This document shows, piece after piece, positions 1 through 15,200 of a stretch of 64,000 nt of DNA. The stretch spans positions 28,970,628 through 29,034,627 of the forward strand of contig OZ037767.1 in assembly GCA_964035545.1 (NCBI GenBank), read 5' to 3'. This DNA comes from Bugula neritina. Taxonomy: Eukaryota > Animalia > Bryozoa. The position numbers were made by a program, and so were the translations under genes. Numbering within the stretch: position 1 is the stretch's first letter; each line of letters starts with the position of its first letter. The notes below the pieces were generated by a model. The model saw only the letters and a list, made by a program, of their open reading frames with translations, was not told where the DNA came from and did no database searches.

Positions 1-1136
1 CCATAAACATTTCCGCTGTTTCTTTCAACTAGTTGTTACAAGTCTGCTGTCTTATTGCATTAACCTGAACAGTGTTATAATTCTATATATCAGCAAGAAG
101 CAATCTAATTTAGGTATGTAAAATAGATTGTGTTTTAAACTTTGTAGCGTCTAAGCACCTTAACTTAATATATGAGTTGATAAACTTATGTGATGAAGTT
201 ATTTTTATAATACCTGAAAAGCTGTCTTTATAAACTTGAAAGCCTAATAAGCGTATTAAGTTAGTTATTCTAGTCTTTTTCTCTCTGTGTTCAAAGAGTA
301 TTGAGTGTTGCAACTTCTTTGCAATGCCATAAGCTGCATGCATAGTCTAGGTTGTTGTACTTACGGCTAAACTGTATGTCTGGAAATTAGTCTATGCAGG
401 TTTCCCAGATTGAACTTGTGTAAAAATATTAATACTATATTGAGCTTTATTTTTAAGCATGCATCATGCAACTATATTTGCCTATTTGTACTATGTTGTG
501 AAGTTATCATTTCCTAGTGCAAGGCTTGCTTCATGTTTGCCTTTTGCATTTATATATAAATTTCCATGAAGATATGAAAAAATACACCATATAATATTAT
601 TTAGGTAAAAGAATTCCTACGATATGAGTAATTTACCGCTGAGATCATTGCCGCAAACTTCATCAATTCAGTTACAGGTAAATAAAAATTACTGACTTTT
701 ATATTGTTTCTAATAAATATATCTATACACAAGCAATATAATAAATTGTATATAATTGTAGGTAAGTAAAAAACATAATGAATATAATAGACAAGTAAGC
801 GATATAATAAATACAACGTATGCAATTAAATAATATGACACATATATATATATATATATATATATTAAATAAGCATGCAAGATATTTTGTGCTTCAAAAA
901 ATTCTAATTATACATTTTAAAAAAGGAAACTTTGAGTTGACGTACAAGATAATAACATATAAAGAAGGCAGTTGTTTAATGTGCAAACAGTCAAGTGTAC
1001 TTGATAGTCATGTCATGTGTAAAAAGTTTGAAATTCACAGTAAAAATATTGCCTATGGTTTTTAGAAATAAGATTGAAATTATATAACTACAATATTTTG
1101 ATGACTAAATTTGATGTCTTAACGTAATTGTTACAG

Positions 1137-2026
1137 CTCCTGAAGCTTCAGCAAGAGAACCAGTCATTAGCCAATGAAATGGAGGAGTTACGATACACTC
1201 ACAAAGCAGAGCTGAAAGAGCAGTACCTGCAAATACACAATGACATAGGAGATGAGGTTCTCATGCTAAAAAGAAAACATAAATTAGAAAAGATTAAATG
1301 GATGGTTAGTCATGATTTATTGATGGATTTGGTCTTGTTGGTTAAAACCCCTCATTAATAATGAATTTAGTTATTCATCCAAAGCTGTAGGCAATTGTAA
1401 ATAAACAAATAATTGTTCTTCAACTAATTATATGTTAATTATACAAAATTGTCTCAAATTTTTTTGTATGATTCTTATGTCACATGTTGAAGTGATGAGT
1501 AATTGTGAGAATTATAACCATATTATGCAGCTATAATTGTTATATTATATTATTATAACATTATAATCCATCAAACAAATGAAGTAGAGTTATCCTTTCT
1601 CCTTGCTATAGATGTACGTGTAAATCAAATTGCGCCTGTATCCCCAATAACACTTGGCCCTAATACATATCCAGTGTGTATGAAAACTAATAGATATGTT
1701 TTCATAATAATAATACTGTTGGAACTAAATTTAACATTATATAAAACTTTGTTATAAACTATAATAATATTTGAATACTAAATAATAAAATGTGTAATAT
1801 AAATTCATTATGTTGGTTTTAGGAAGCAACCAATGAAAAAGACAGAAAATTCGAACTCCTAAATAAAAACTACCAACGATTAGAAAAGCAAGTTTCTTTA
1901 CACAAGTTTCAGAATTTATGTGTGCATCTGAATCCAACAACCAATAGAAACTATATTATTACAACTATGAACAAAATACTTGGTATTGTTTTTGACATCT
2001 GCAGTATGACTTATGAATCTTTGTGA
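1137..2026 (+). CDS. 3' exons of an unidentified coiled-coil protein gene (5' part outside the window or not resolved)
   Basis: Exon 1137-1304 (ttacag|CTC...ATG|gttagt, 56 codons, LLKLQQENQSLANEMEELRY...) joins in phase 0 to 1823-2026 (ttttag|GAA GCA ACC...TTG TGA; EATNEKDRKFELLNKNYQRLEKQ...). Heptad-like E/K/Q/L composition; family not recognised. Confidence 0.6.
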
Positions 2027-3219
2027 AATCCATGCAACATTATAGGAGTGTAATATATGTAATCTAATATTTAATATGATATACAATTAATTTGGTGTAT
2101 ACAGTATAGCCTAGTATAATTTAATATAATATGTCATACATTGTCTATTTGTATATGGTAGGTGAATAATATGTTATTAGAACTATTACATAATCATGTA
2201 AATTAATCATTTTTTATATTTTGTGGGATGTATTAAGGCGTCAATGAAAAAATTGTGTTACTTTTTTTATAAACTAAAATAATTAAATTTAAAATAAAAA
2301 TATAAACAATTGTTTAAATAAACACCCAAAGTCGATTGAGAATTTTGCAATCATTTGAATTTAAATCTTATGATCAATTTGTTTAACTAGTAACTTAAAA
2401 CTCTTGCTTCTATAGTTTTGAGTAATTATGTGGGTTTTTTTATTGCAAATGAACCATTAGTAAATACATCTTTAATTTGCAAATGCTGGTACGCTATGTA
2501 TGTTTTGTTCATAAAAATATATTAACATTGCAACTACAATGCATTATTAGGACTATAAAAACTTTTACTAGCAAATACTTTAATCAATTGCAATAAAATT
2601 GGTGAAATTAGTTACTATTATAGTCTTTAATATTATGCAACTTTATTTCAGCATGTCACCTGGTATAGCATAATTTCAATATTTCAGTGATTCTTCATGT
2701 TCATGATAAAATTGTTGCCTTGATATATTTCCACATGTGCCTCCTCCCTCTGTAGGTACATCTAACTATTTTGTTGAGTTGAAAAGTGTTACTTAAAAAA
2801 GTCATGTCTAGAAGCCTTATTACCACATTCTATAATGTATAATATTATCTTACACGAAGAAAGAATTTAGAGAGAACAACTTCTTCGATACATCATTGGT
2901 CTACTACTATTACAGAGTTCAAAGAATATAACGAATGGTTATTGTATAGCCTGATTTCCATAACTTAGCTCAGTTCTGCATTGTAATAAAACTATATACT
3001 ATACTGCGGCGAACAAAATTATTTAGATCTCGGCCAAACCACATAAATCGGAAATCAACCCAGGTGTAAGTGTTTTTAATTGACATTTCTACCTTCGTTT
3101 TGGACTGGCTATGAGTGTATGTCTGAAAAAGTGTTACCTGGACATACATGTCGAGTTTACTATGAAATAAATGCAATTTGTTTTAATTCAAAACCGTTCT
3201 TGGATCAGTATAACAAGAA

Positions 3220-6200
3220 ATGATTTCGAGTTCTGATAGTGGTAAAGATAGTAATATTAGTAACCACTCTCAGTCTCAAGACCAGGGGCAGGTAAATTTC
3301 AACTTGAAGCATTTTGATTTTCATTTTAATTTACTTGTAGACTAACACCAACGGTAACTTACAGTTACTCACTAACAATAGCTGTAGCTTATACTGTATA
3401 ACTATAAATATTAATACTAATACTAATAGTAATACTAATACTAATAGTAATACTAATAGCAATTACCATTAATACCCTGTGGCCTGTGGTCATTAATCAG
3501 ACTGATAGTGATACTGATAACTCACAAGTCATAGTCATTAATGATTAGACTTACTCTTAGTCTTACTTTTAGTCATTGCTGTTAGTGTTAGTATTACTAA
3601 TAGTATGAAGACTAGGATTAAGAGCAAGTTATACCTATAGTTATAGTTATAACTCTAAGTATAACTAATACTATAACATCAACTATAAAGTACAAGTTCA
3701 CTGCAAGGCTTTTTCATTCTGACTCATACAGAAAAAGTCAATTTGAAATTTAACTTCAAGTAAGTTTTAGAAAAAATTATGTTGCTAGACTAAGGCAAAC
3801 CCGCAAAGGGTCGCGAAATGGAAATTCAAATGCCAATTCATTCTAGGTATGTCAAATTTAAATTATCATTACATTCGCAAACATTTGTGACTTAGTCTCA
3901 CGACTTGCGAAGTCAGTTCGAGAGGCTGTTTATTACCACTAAGATTAACCATATCACTCACACTTTCGTATCAATTACTCTCAGTATGATTGTGGTTAGC
4001 AATGAGTTAAATTAAAGTAATCATTACATAAAACTTTGAGTTTAGCTGCCACTGTCCGCATTACTTAAACTTACTTTCATTTTATCCCAACCTGTAGTCA
4101 TACTCACTGTTGCTTACTCTCAGTTATTTGTCACAATGATTGTGGGTTGAAACCTGTGGCAAATGAATTTAGTTTCTTTGTGCTAGTCAGCCAGTCACTT
4201 AGTTGGTGAAAATTAACGGGCTTATTGACAGTCATGTTACATTTGCTGAAGGAAAACCATGAAGCAAATTTAAAAACTAATTAACCCTAAAAGACCAAGT
4301 AAAGAGAAATTAGTCGATAATTAACACTCTGTTCCTGATTGTGTAAGTCTATGACTATCCAACTTTCAGTTGTCATACAATCTTAACACATGTGGAGATT
4401 AACTGTAATGATTACAATAGTATACTAACATATAATGCTATTTGGTGAGGAAATAGTTTTAACAATTTTCAACAGACTTGTTTCTGTATCATTTCTGTTG
4501 AAAGTAATGCAAGTGGCAATAAGAGCTGTAAATTTAAAGTAACCTTGATATTTTTATCGCTCTCTTAAGATTTTAAAGACTAGTGAATCGTTTTCTAATA
4601 AAAGTTTGAACTTTAAAACTAACCTTTTGCAGTAGTTAGAAATGAATCAAATTTTTAGTATTAGTTTCTAGTTTCTATACGAAAATTACTGAAAAACGTT
4701 CATTACATTATTTTAGCCAAAACTGAATTATCTGAAGTGGTTGAAGACTGTATTGGGTTTCTCTTGTACTTTAAATTTTAAGTGATTCAGAATAAACAAT
4801 AGGGCTTTTGTGTATCAGTTATCATAAAGTGAAGGTTTTTACCTTAGATCTACTTTTATGAGAGAGTGTAGGCATAGGAGATCTTTTTATTAGTGGGCAA
4901 TATATTGGTTATACAGTTATAGAAACTAGGTTGACAGCAAAGTCATTAAAAAATAATTAATGTGTTGATATAAATCATTGATAGAACTGTATTTTTTATT
5001 TCTCCACGCTAACTTACTACATCTAGGTTAACCTACTGTATCTAGGTTAATTTACTATATTTAGAGTCTATGCTATTTTACTATATCTAGACTATATTAC
5101 TATATCTAGACTATACTACTATATCTAGACTATATTACTATATCTAGACTATACTACTATATCTAGACTATATTACTAGCCTATCATTATTGAGTGATTA
5201 CTAACAAGGCCCTTCTAGCTGTACATCAGCTGCCATATGCAAATTATTTCCTAATATACAGTCTAGCATGTGGTTTCGAACTCACATGCTTCACATGCCA
5301 GGTGATGGAGGTGAAAGGTGATGGGCTTGATGTGCACAGTGTCAACTAAGTGAAAAGTTTGCCAATGCTTTGAATCTATAAATTACTTGTAAAAAATGTG
5401 GGCTAAAACCTTCCATTTAAGTTATTTTTAGCATTGCCTACAGTTTTATCCTCACATGGTTAGAGAACTCTTTGAGTGCATTTCAGCAACTCCATGCTTT
5501 AGTTTACAGCCACTACTTGTGCTGTGTAAACCTGTAATTGCAACTTCTGTTATCTTATAAACTAATTCAGTTATCACCATTTCCTGAAAAATTGTTGATT
5601 ATGTAACCATTTGAAGGGAGTTGTTAGTGAAATATGTTATCTACTGATCACTGTACATCTTGAGAATATGGTATGACTGTGAGTATGGATCTCTAGCTGT
5701 TAGTTAGACATCACGTTGGCTGGTAATGGTGGAGAGACTGGAAGTCATTTAACAAATTCTTTGTCAGTTATTTGTCATGTTTCCAGTTTTCCTTTTGTGT
5801 TTTTTACTTGATATGGGGAAGTGCTGTCTTGCAGAGTGCAGTCTTGATTTTAATAAAACTTACCATTAGCACAAAGTCTTAATACCAGACAGAGCATTCT
5901 GGCGTTGTTTCAACATGTGAAAACAACTCCAAAACTAAATACAATAATCTAATGCAAGCAACAGCATAAGGAGTCTAATTCTAAGTGCAAGTTGAGTGTT
6001 GAAGTTCTGTTGAGTCGTGCACATTGCACACATGTCATACTGCACTCAAGTCCCAGGGAGACCAATCAGGCTTGCCATTATAATACAGCTTAACCTCTTC
6101 AAGTGTTCATTCTCTCCATTATACACTTTAACAATGTACCATAGTTTTTGTTAGATATTATCTGTGCACGAGCCTGCTATGTTTGCCAAATTATAAAATG

Positions 6201-9200
6201 TGAACTTTTATTGACATCGAAGTTAAGTATCTTTCTCTCTCACTGGCAAGGTGGTGGGGTGATGCCACAAATGTTATAATTAAATTATACCATTTAGAAT
6301 CCAAATGACTAAACAACTGTGCAAGATGTTGAATCTACCTGTAATTGATAGGCATGAGGTCATCAGTTCTAACCACTCGAAGATAATTATAATAATAATG
6401 GGCACAATGGATATACTACTTGAATATAAATTGTATATAAATTAGAATGCATACACTGGGCTCTAGAGCTTCTATCATGTAAATACTATATTTGATAGGA
6501 GAGTCACAGAGTAGAGGTGATTGAGACGAGACTGACTGTCGGCTCGGAGACAAGCTTTCATAAAATATTTGTAAGAGGCCCTGGGAGGTCTATCAGGTAG
6601 GTTCTAGTACAATAAGCGAGTGTTGTGTCACTTACAATATGTACTGTGTGTAGTAGTTACTGTAGTAGTCTGTACTTACTGTAGTTACTGTAGTAGTCTG
6701 TAGTTACTGTAGTAGTCTGTGGTTACTGTAGTAGTCTGTAGTTACTGTAGTTTATAGTTACTGTAGTAGTCTGTGGTTACTGTAGTAGTCTGTAGTTACT
6801 GTAGTCTATAGTTACTGTAGTAGTCTGTACTTACTGTAGTTACTGTAGTAGTCTGTAGTTACTGTAGTAGTCTGTAGTTACTGTAGTAGTCTGTAGTTAC
6901 TGTAGTAGTCTGTAGTTACTGTAGTAGTCTGTAGTTACTGTAGTAGTCTGTAGTTACTGTAGTAGTCTGTAGTTACTGTAGTAGTCTGTAGTTACTGTAG
7001 TCTCTAGTTACTGTAGTTGTTATGCTTCTAGTTATCACAAGCTGTAATATTTATCTGCCCTTTAAAATGATTCAATTTGACTTCTGGAAGTGATTTTTAG
7101 AGTTACTAAACTCGCTTTTCTGTGCCAAGTTTAGCTTGCAGATGTCGATATTATTTTATTATATCTATGAAGAGGGGAATACAGTTCTAACTATTAATAC
7201 ATAAGTAAAGAATAATTAGCTGTGTTAACCTTGTAACTGCCAGCCAAGTGTGTATAATTATAATACTTATTGATCCAACATGTAGCTACTGCATGTCCTA
7301 GAAGTTATGATATTCATTTTTTACACCAGAGAAAAATGTAGGCTACAGTAACTAGTAGCTGCACCCGATTACTGCTGGAAGTAGCATGTCAACAAGAGGT
7401 TACCATGGTTACGTGTATAAAAATGTTAATAATTATAGTGTTGCTCACAGTGCAATGGGTTGATTTATAGTATTTTTGGCTAAATTTGTGTTGCAAGTCG
7501 GTAGTTGGTGTTAGTCACCCAACTTTACACCACTCTTCCGTGACAGAATTTCATTTTATCATGCGTTTTCATATCTGATGTTCAGTAAATGCACGTTATG
7601 TAATTCTTGAGTCAGTTCAAATGAGTGTAGCTATGACCAGCAAACCAGTGTTGTCATTTCACTTGGAGTTTTGCCACCTTACTTTGCCCTTATCTAAACA
7701 AAGGAGTGTTGACTGGATACATATATAGACTGTTTCTGGCCCTTTATAGTATGCTCACACTTATATATTATACACGCATGTTGTTTGTGTTTCAGAGAGG
7801 CTATTGAGCCAATATGCATATCTAAAGGCATAGAAATCTCTGACCTAGGTGTATATGTAGGCAGCGAGCGAGCGGCGGCGCTGCCTCTAGAATATGACAT
7901 TTATTTTCTTACTGGACATGCCTTGCATGTAGTTGGTAAGATAACTATTGCTGCCGGGTGACAGCGTGTCTGCTGCTGTACTGTTATGGTGGTGGTTGAG
8001 GGGGCAGGGGTTCTTAGCTGCTACTTTTCTAACTTATGGTTGCAGACTATATTTGTGTCTCTCATCTCAGACTATATTTGTGTCTCTCATCTCAGACTAT
8101 ATCTGTGTCTCTTCTCTCAGACTATATTTGTGTCTCTCCTCTCAGACTATATCTGTGTCTCTCCTCTCAGACTATATTTGTGTCTTTCATCTCAGACTAT
8201 ATCTGTGTCTCTCCTCTCAGACTATATCTGTGTCTCTCCTCTCAGACTATATTTGTGTCTCTCCTCTCAGACTATATTTGTGTCTCTCCTCTCAGACTAT
8301 ATTTGTGTCTCTCATCTCAGACTATATTTCTGTCTCTCCTCTCAGACTATATTTGTGTCTCTCCTCTCAGACTATATTTGTGTTTCCTCTCAGACTATAT
8401 TTGTGTCTCTCATCTCTTGGCTTAGTATTGCCATTTTTCAATTCATTTAGGCTTCTTCATCTAGTATACTGATCTAAAATATGGTGTATGGCAATACATC
8501 ATATGCTCTGAAGATTGCAAGAGCTGTGGTTATTCACACTGCTCATCTATGGAGCTTCTATAACCTAGCCTCTGGGGCTACACTGTGGTGAAGGAGCACT
8601 AAGGCTATATAATCATCACATATATTATTAGTCTGGCAGGAAGCAGGTTATTTATAGCTGAGCAGCTAATAGTACTACTGGTACTACAGCCATCAAAACA
8701 GGATCTATTTTTCATAAAATTGAAAACAAATTTTCTGATTCAATTTGTAAAATAATCACTGGATGTAACTTGAAACTATTGCAATATGGTGGAGCTAAAC
8801 TACAGCTAGAAATACACAATGGTCTACCTGCAAGTAGTGACTAGACGTTGTATTAGCTAGCTAATGGCAGCGAACCTTGGACATATTGACAAGTTTAGGG
8901 GGTAGATGCAGTTGTATAATTAATTTATTATATAGTCTGTGTATTAATATCTGTATTTATAATGTTACATAAATCAACTTGAAGTAATGAGTTGAATTCT
9001 CTGGTGACAGTAATTGGTCTGGACTGAGGAATCTTCACCAGTATTTACTTACTGGAAGTAATCTTAAAGGTAGTCTGTCAGTGTTCTCTCTATTCTACTC
9101 TCTGGGGTGTGCCTCGGCTTATGTTAATGTATGTCTAATACTTGCCCAGCTTTGGTAATGTCATCAAGAGAAAATAACTCCTAATTCTTCATATCGCTTG

Positions 9201-12200
9201 TGCTGTACGTGGGAATGCTCTTATCTGGTGTTTTCTAGTGCCAAGTTTTCTAAACTCAAAGCTCATAAGCTAATTTCTGTCACAAGCTGGAATATATTAT
9301 GCAGGCAGTGTTCACTGTATGTTTCAATAGGCGTATCTCATACTATAATCCAAAACTGTTTTATAGAATAACTATGCCGGTTGCACAGAGCATTGCCTTG
9401 AAAGTTACACTTTCTGTCTTCAGATTATAAAGCTCCGGTAGTTCCATTAGACGAAGTAGATTACAGACTCCTCAACAAGAAATCCAAGTCTACGCCGTTG
9501 ACACAGCATAAGAAGCTGTCTGAAGTAGGCGTAGTCAAGACCACACCAACAGCTCACCGCAAGAATAAATCCGCTAGCAGAGTATCATCTTTTGCCTCCA
9601 GAAGCAAAGAGCCGTTGTTGAACCAGAAGTTCAAGCCACCACTGATTGCCAACAAGTCAGCTCCTAGCAGTAAAGACAGATCTGCTCTAGCAACCAATAC
9701 CTCAGAGGTGAGTTTACAGTGGTAGTCATGGTAACAGTAAATGTTGGCATAAGGTGAGTATGGTGACCCAGTTTCCTAACTGTGTGTGACCCAGTTTCCT
9801 AACTGTGTGTGACCCAGTTTCCTAACTGTGTGACCCAGTTTCCTAACTGTGTGACCCAGTGCAATTGTGACATACGGCTCATATAGCATGTGAACCCTGT
9901 TTTTGCTGGCCTTTCATGCTAAAAAGGGCATGGGGTGAGTAACTCCAAATATCAGTAACTGGTCTTTAGCTTATCTTTTACATGTTATTGAAGAGTACAG
10001 CAACAGGCAGCTAAGTTTTTAGTCTGAAATTTGCTATAAGCCGCCCCGAGTTGAGGGTGATCAAGTGCAGCAGCTTGGGGTTCTTGAGTTTGGAGTTATG
10101 GGGTTTTGGGTTAGAACTTTGAACCCCTCAACTCCAAACTCAGGACCTCAAACTACTGCACTCAGTAACCCTCAACTCAGGGCTGCTTATAGCAAATTTC
10201 TCTTGGTTTGGCCTAAATTTAGTTATGTTAACGCTGGGCTTTAGCAACTTTTCTTTTCTAAAATAACTTGAAAGTGGTGAAATTATGCTGGAGCAGCTGA
10301 TGGTAGCCTGCTTCAAGTGTCACTACTAAATCATTCACTGAAATTCAGCAGTAATTTAGATATAGTTGTGCAGTAAATAAATGAGGAGGTTTTATTGCTC
10401 CGTGGTCACCACAGTGAGAGATTGTGCTGTTTTCTTAATGTTGTTTTTTAAGAAATATTCGTGGAGTGAGTCTGCGGAAACTAGACTTACATCAAGTGAT
10501 TCATGTTGGTACAGTTTTCGTTGTTGTCTGTTTGCAATGAGAAGTTGTGTCCCCCTTGTTAATAACTTCATGGTTTTATTGCCACGGGATTCAATGTCAG
10601 GTGTTGTACTAAAGTAAGCATTGGAGTTGTCACTTCTTTCTAAACTTCAAGCTAATAAATAGGCTGAGCTTCAATTTTTTTAATATTTTTCATATTTGAA
10701 GTGTTTTATGATAGCCATAGTAATGACACACCTTTATTCTGTATGATATAAAGTTACGTAATGATGTCTAGCGACATAGATGAAGGTTGGGTTACTTCTA
10801 AGTAGTCACTTTAATTAGATTTTACAACCTCTCAATTGTGTGGGTGGAGATGCACAGATATAGTTATGTAACTTGTGAGTTTTATCACAGGCTTTATATT
10901 GTTGTAATCAAGGGTAATGCTTGTAACTTGACTCAATTATAGCTTGGAAATTGACGCCTCAGTGCTGGCAATCTGCCAGTGCTGACTTCAGCTAGTATCT
11001 GTCTGTCTGTCTCTCTAACGTCATGTACGTGTACCTTCACTTAGGAAATATAAAAGTTCCACTTTTCACGAATACAGCTAGAAAGCAGCTAACAGTATTA
11101 TAAAATGTCAGCAACAGCTGTATAGTTTCGATATAGTTACTAAACATTAAATTGTAAACAAGACTATACTAATTTATTTTGGCCATTAGCTGTCATTTAG
11201 TACTAAGTAATAATCATTACATTTTAAAGACATACTTGTATAAACAGTGAGAATTAAACTAGTGTATAACTACTGTTACTGCTGCTAGTACAGACTATGA
11301 TGGAGTCATGTGCTACTGTAGAAGGCAAACTAAGATACAAGGTGTATACTAGTAAACCACGCTGGTCAATATAATGTTATCAAGATATCATAGTGTCTAT
11401 TAGCTAGCTACTGCCTTTATTAGCTTGTGTTAGGAGTTGTCTATACCGGAGGGAGACTGATATAGGGCAGGATATGTAATTGTATAATAATACCAGACTG
11501 GTGTTGGAATGAATTAGTTATTAGACGGATAAATGATTATTCAGATGGCCGGACATTTACATTCATTTCTTTGTTAATGTTTGTTTAATACCTGATTGAC
11601 TATTGACTTTTCACATAACCACTTTTTCTTGAATAAAGCTTTGAGCTGAAGCCAGTCGATATGAACATTTGTTAGAAGTGATTACAGTGCTGACTCTGTG
11701 CTTAGCTCATGATTTGCCCGCTGACCTTCGGCTCTGTCACTCAAGGTACCAACTGCTGGACCTTTGGAATTATTTGCGGTAGGAATTTATCTCGAGGGTG
11801 AATTATTTTATCTGATATTTGAAAGGAATTTTACCTCTCAAAGCAAAGTTGAATAGTTTAGGCGCTACTAGTAGTGTTATTTGAATGTTCTAGATGTGTA
11901 GTGTAGTCAATTGTGTAGTGGTACAGTTCTATATCTGGTACAGCTCTATATCTGGTCCAGTTCTATATCTGGTCCAGTTCTATATGTGGTCCAGTTCTAT
12001 ACCTGGTCCAGTTCTATCTCTGGTACAGTTCTATATCTGGTACAGCTTTATATCTGGTCCAGTTCTATATCTGGTCCAGCTCTATATCTGGTCCAGTTTT
12101 ATCTCTGGTCCAGTTCTATATATGGTACAGCTCTATATCTGGTCCAGCTCTATATCTGGTCCTGTTGTATATCTGGTACAGTTCTACAGTGATGTGAAAA

Positions 12201-15200
12201 AGTTTAAGGACGCTTGCAGAAATTTCTACGTATCTTGTTTAATAGGCATTTCTTGTAAATTCTTAATATTTTCCTGCAAGTTCTATATATCAAAATGACC
12301 CTTAGAATGTGCTCTACAATTTCCATCTTCTAAATTCTTGCTGTTGTGATGTTTTCTACCCATTTTTGGGCCAACTGCACAAGCAGCTAGGGAAGCGCAA
12401 CTCCTGTATTTTTATGTAACCAAAGTTTATCAACTTTTATAACCACAAAAGGCTAAATAGTGAAATTAGATGTTGTGCATGGCATCATGATATCATAAAG
12501 TATGACTTCCTTTTATAATTTGAAATATGTCATTTAGTTGTGAGCTTTTACATGGTGTCTACTTGGGCGCTGCGCATAGACTAAATGAGAGCTGTAAATC
12601 TTCCTTCAGAGGCAAAGTTTGTAATAATTTTCTTGCACAAAGAAGGTTATTCAATTAGGAAAGTATCTGAAAAGATTGGCAAAGTAAAGACAACTGTACA
12701 TCAAATTATCAAGAAGTTTATGGACACTGGTAGTGTAGCAGATGGACCTGAAAATGGCCGACCAAAAATAAGCACACCTAAAGATGACAAGGTTCTCATT
12801 GGGATCAGCAAGAAAGATTGCCATAAAACAAGTCTTGAGTAGGCAAAGAATAGTCAGAATCAACAGGAACACCAGCTTCAACGTCCCTGATAAGGCAAGA
12901 TTGCTGAGCCATGGTTTACATGGCCGCAAAGCAAGAGGAAGCCTCAACCAACCGAGAAGCAGCAAAAAAGCCAGTTACGGTGGGCCAGGGAGCCTGGTAA
13001 TTAGACAGTGAATGATTAGAAAAAAAGTAATTTTTTCAGATGAATCCATATTTAATGTGAACAATCATGCTGGAAACTGTTGTGTTAAAAGGTACCAGTA
13101 TGAGAAATATAACCCCTAATGTATTCTTCAAACAATTAAGCACCCTATTGGTGTTATGTTCTGGGGTTGTATAAGATCAAAAAGTGCAGCCCGACTCAGT
13201 AGTTGCTTTGGAATGATGTTAATGCTCAAAAATATATGGAGAATCTCAATGCTAAACATCTTCCAATCATAAAAAACTTCTTTTTAAATGAAATTAACAT
13301 ATTTGAAGATGACAATGCACCATGCCATTGGGCAAAAACAGTTAAAAAGTGGATGAAAAAGCAGAGGGTCTAAACGCTTAACTGGCCAGCACAAAGCCGG
13401 GACTTGAACCCAATAAGAAATTCATGGTCAAGAATGGCTAAAATAGTCTCTTCACAGAAGTCAACAACTAAGGTGACACTCATAGAGCCTGTAATTCATG
13501 CATGGCATCATGTCGTGACTGAAAACGAGTTGGAGAAGTTGTACAAGTCGATGCCTCGTCGCTGCCGACTTGTGATTGAGAATAAAGGCTGGCCAACAAA
13601 ACATTGATACTAAAATTTAAAGCACTGTGTGTTGCAATGCTGCTATAATGTGTATAACAATTCACATATAATATTTTTCTATGTTTCAAGTAAAATATTC
13701 TGATGTCCTACAGTACACACAAATTGTGAGAACATTGAATAATTCCCATATATGCATAGTATCTCATTGTTTTACCCTAATTTTTAGAGGATGTAAAAAG
13801 AGACACTTATAATTTATATGAATGAGTTAAGGAGATCTTAAAGATCATTTTGATAGGCACCATGCCTATGGAAATGCATTAGTTATGTCTTAAAATTAGC
13901 TTGGAACATTGCTATTATAGAAAACAGGGAGGCGTCCTTAAACTTTTTCACAGCACTGTATATCTGGTACAGCTCTATATCTGGTACAGTTCTATATCTG
14001 GTACAGCTCTATATCTGGTCCAGTTCTATATCTGGTCCAGTTCTATATCTGGTCCAGTTCTATATCTGGTCCAGTTCTATATCTGTCGTGCCTATAAAAG
14101 AATTCCAGTGAATGAACCCCTCAACCTACTCTGCTTAAATTCTACCAGCTGTAGCGCATCAAGTTGAAACATTTCTACTCACACTCTCTGCATATAATCT
14201 CACTTGATTCTATAATTCAACTGAGTGTGTTTTCAGTTATCTGTAGTATTGAGGCTGCATTTGGATGGGAATCTGCATTTTGGTTAGATTCTGATTTGAA
14301 TGTGTGGGGATTTCTTTGGTAAAATAACCTTTCATTATTGCAGTTACATTTTGTTTGTGTAGTGTTTCGCTAAATTCCATGTTTACATCTGTATCAATAG
14401 CCATTTGGCTGGAAATTTATTGCACTAGTTTCTATTATGCTATTTTGGTTTAGCTTAGGTTTTTATTTGTGGAGTAAGAATTTGGAGTTTGACTTTGACT
14501 TTGGGGTAGACGACTACTGATGCTAGATGCTAGCTGGAATCCCGATGTCCCCATTTTGATATCTATAAGCAATAGTCACACCAGCAGAGGTAGAATTTGC
14601 TGTTATGGGAGGGGGGAGGGGGGAAGCAGCACATGTATCACATTCATGTTGCTTTGTTTTAACAAACTATTAAATAATTTGTTTACAATTAAATTATATT
14701 AAAGTGTAAACAATCAAATGACTGTTTAGAAATTTGCTGTAACAAGTTAAATGCAAATTTGATTAAAATTAACAGCATACAAGATGCAGTATTAAAGCTT
14801 TTAATATGCTTTTATCTCAAAAATTGCCGCAGAAGTTCAAAACCTAACTTTTTTGTTTTTACTAATAAATGTGGTTTTCCATGCTAGCATTTGCAATGAA
14901 AGACAGTTTTGTTGGAATGTTGGAACTAATGAAATTTGTTCAATAAATATGTGTTGAAAGTAGCTAAAGTATGTTTTCTATTTATGTTGGACTTGCTAGA
15001 TAAACATGTTACTTGCTCAAGATGATGGAACTGTTTCGGACAAGGAAATGCAACTCCAATGACTCTACCATTGTTACTGTTACTCTATTAGATTGGGTGT
15101 GGTACTGGTGTGACAGCGGAGTAGAAATGAAAATCTTTTTCCTTGATGTTTAATTTGTATGGGGAAGTTGTAAAGTGCACAGTCTATTTCTTCTCTGGTA

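Noticed and set aside
2231-2726. Possible old element with ttaaggcgtcaat / attgttgccttga termini
   Set aside because: Only a partial inverted match; cannot be distinguished from chance in AT-rich DNA.
7948-8472. Three overlapping repetitive ORFs
   Set aside because: A stop-free 25-bp unit read in rotating frames inside an intron; no evidence of coding.
11894-12298. Hydrophobic repetitive ORFs (also 13901-14167)
   Set aside because: Translations of the 17-bp minisatellite.
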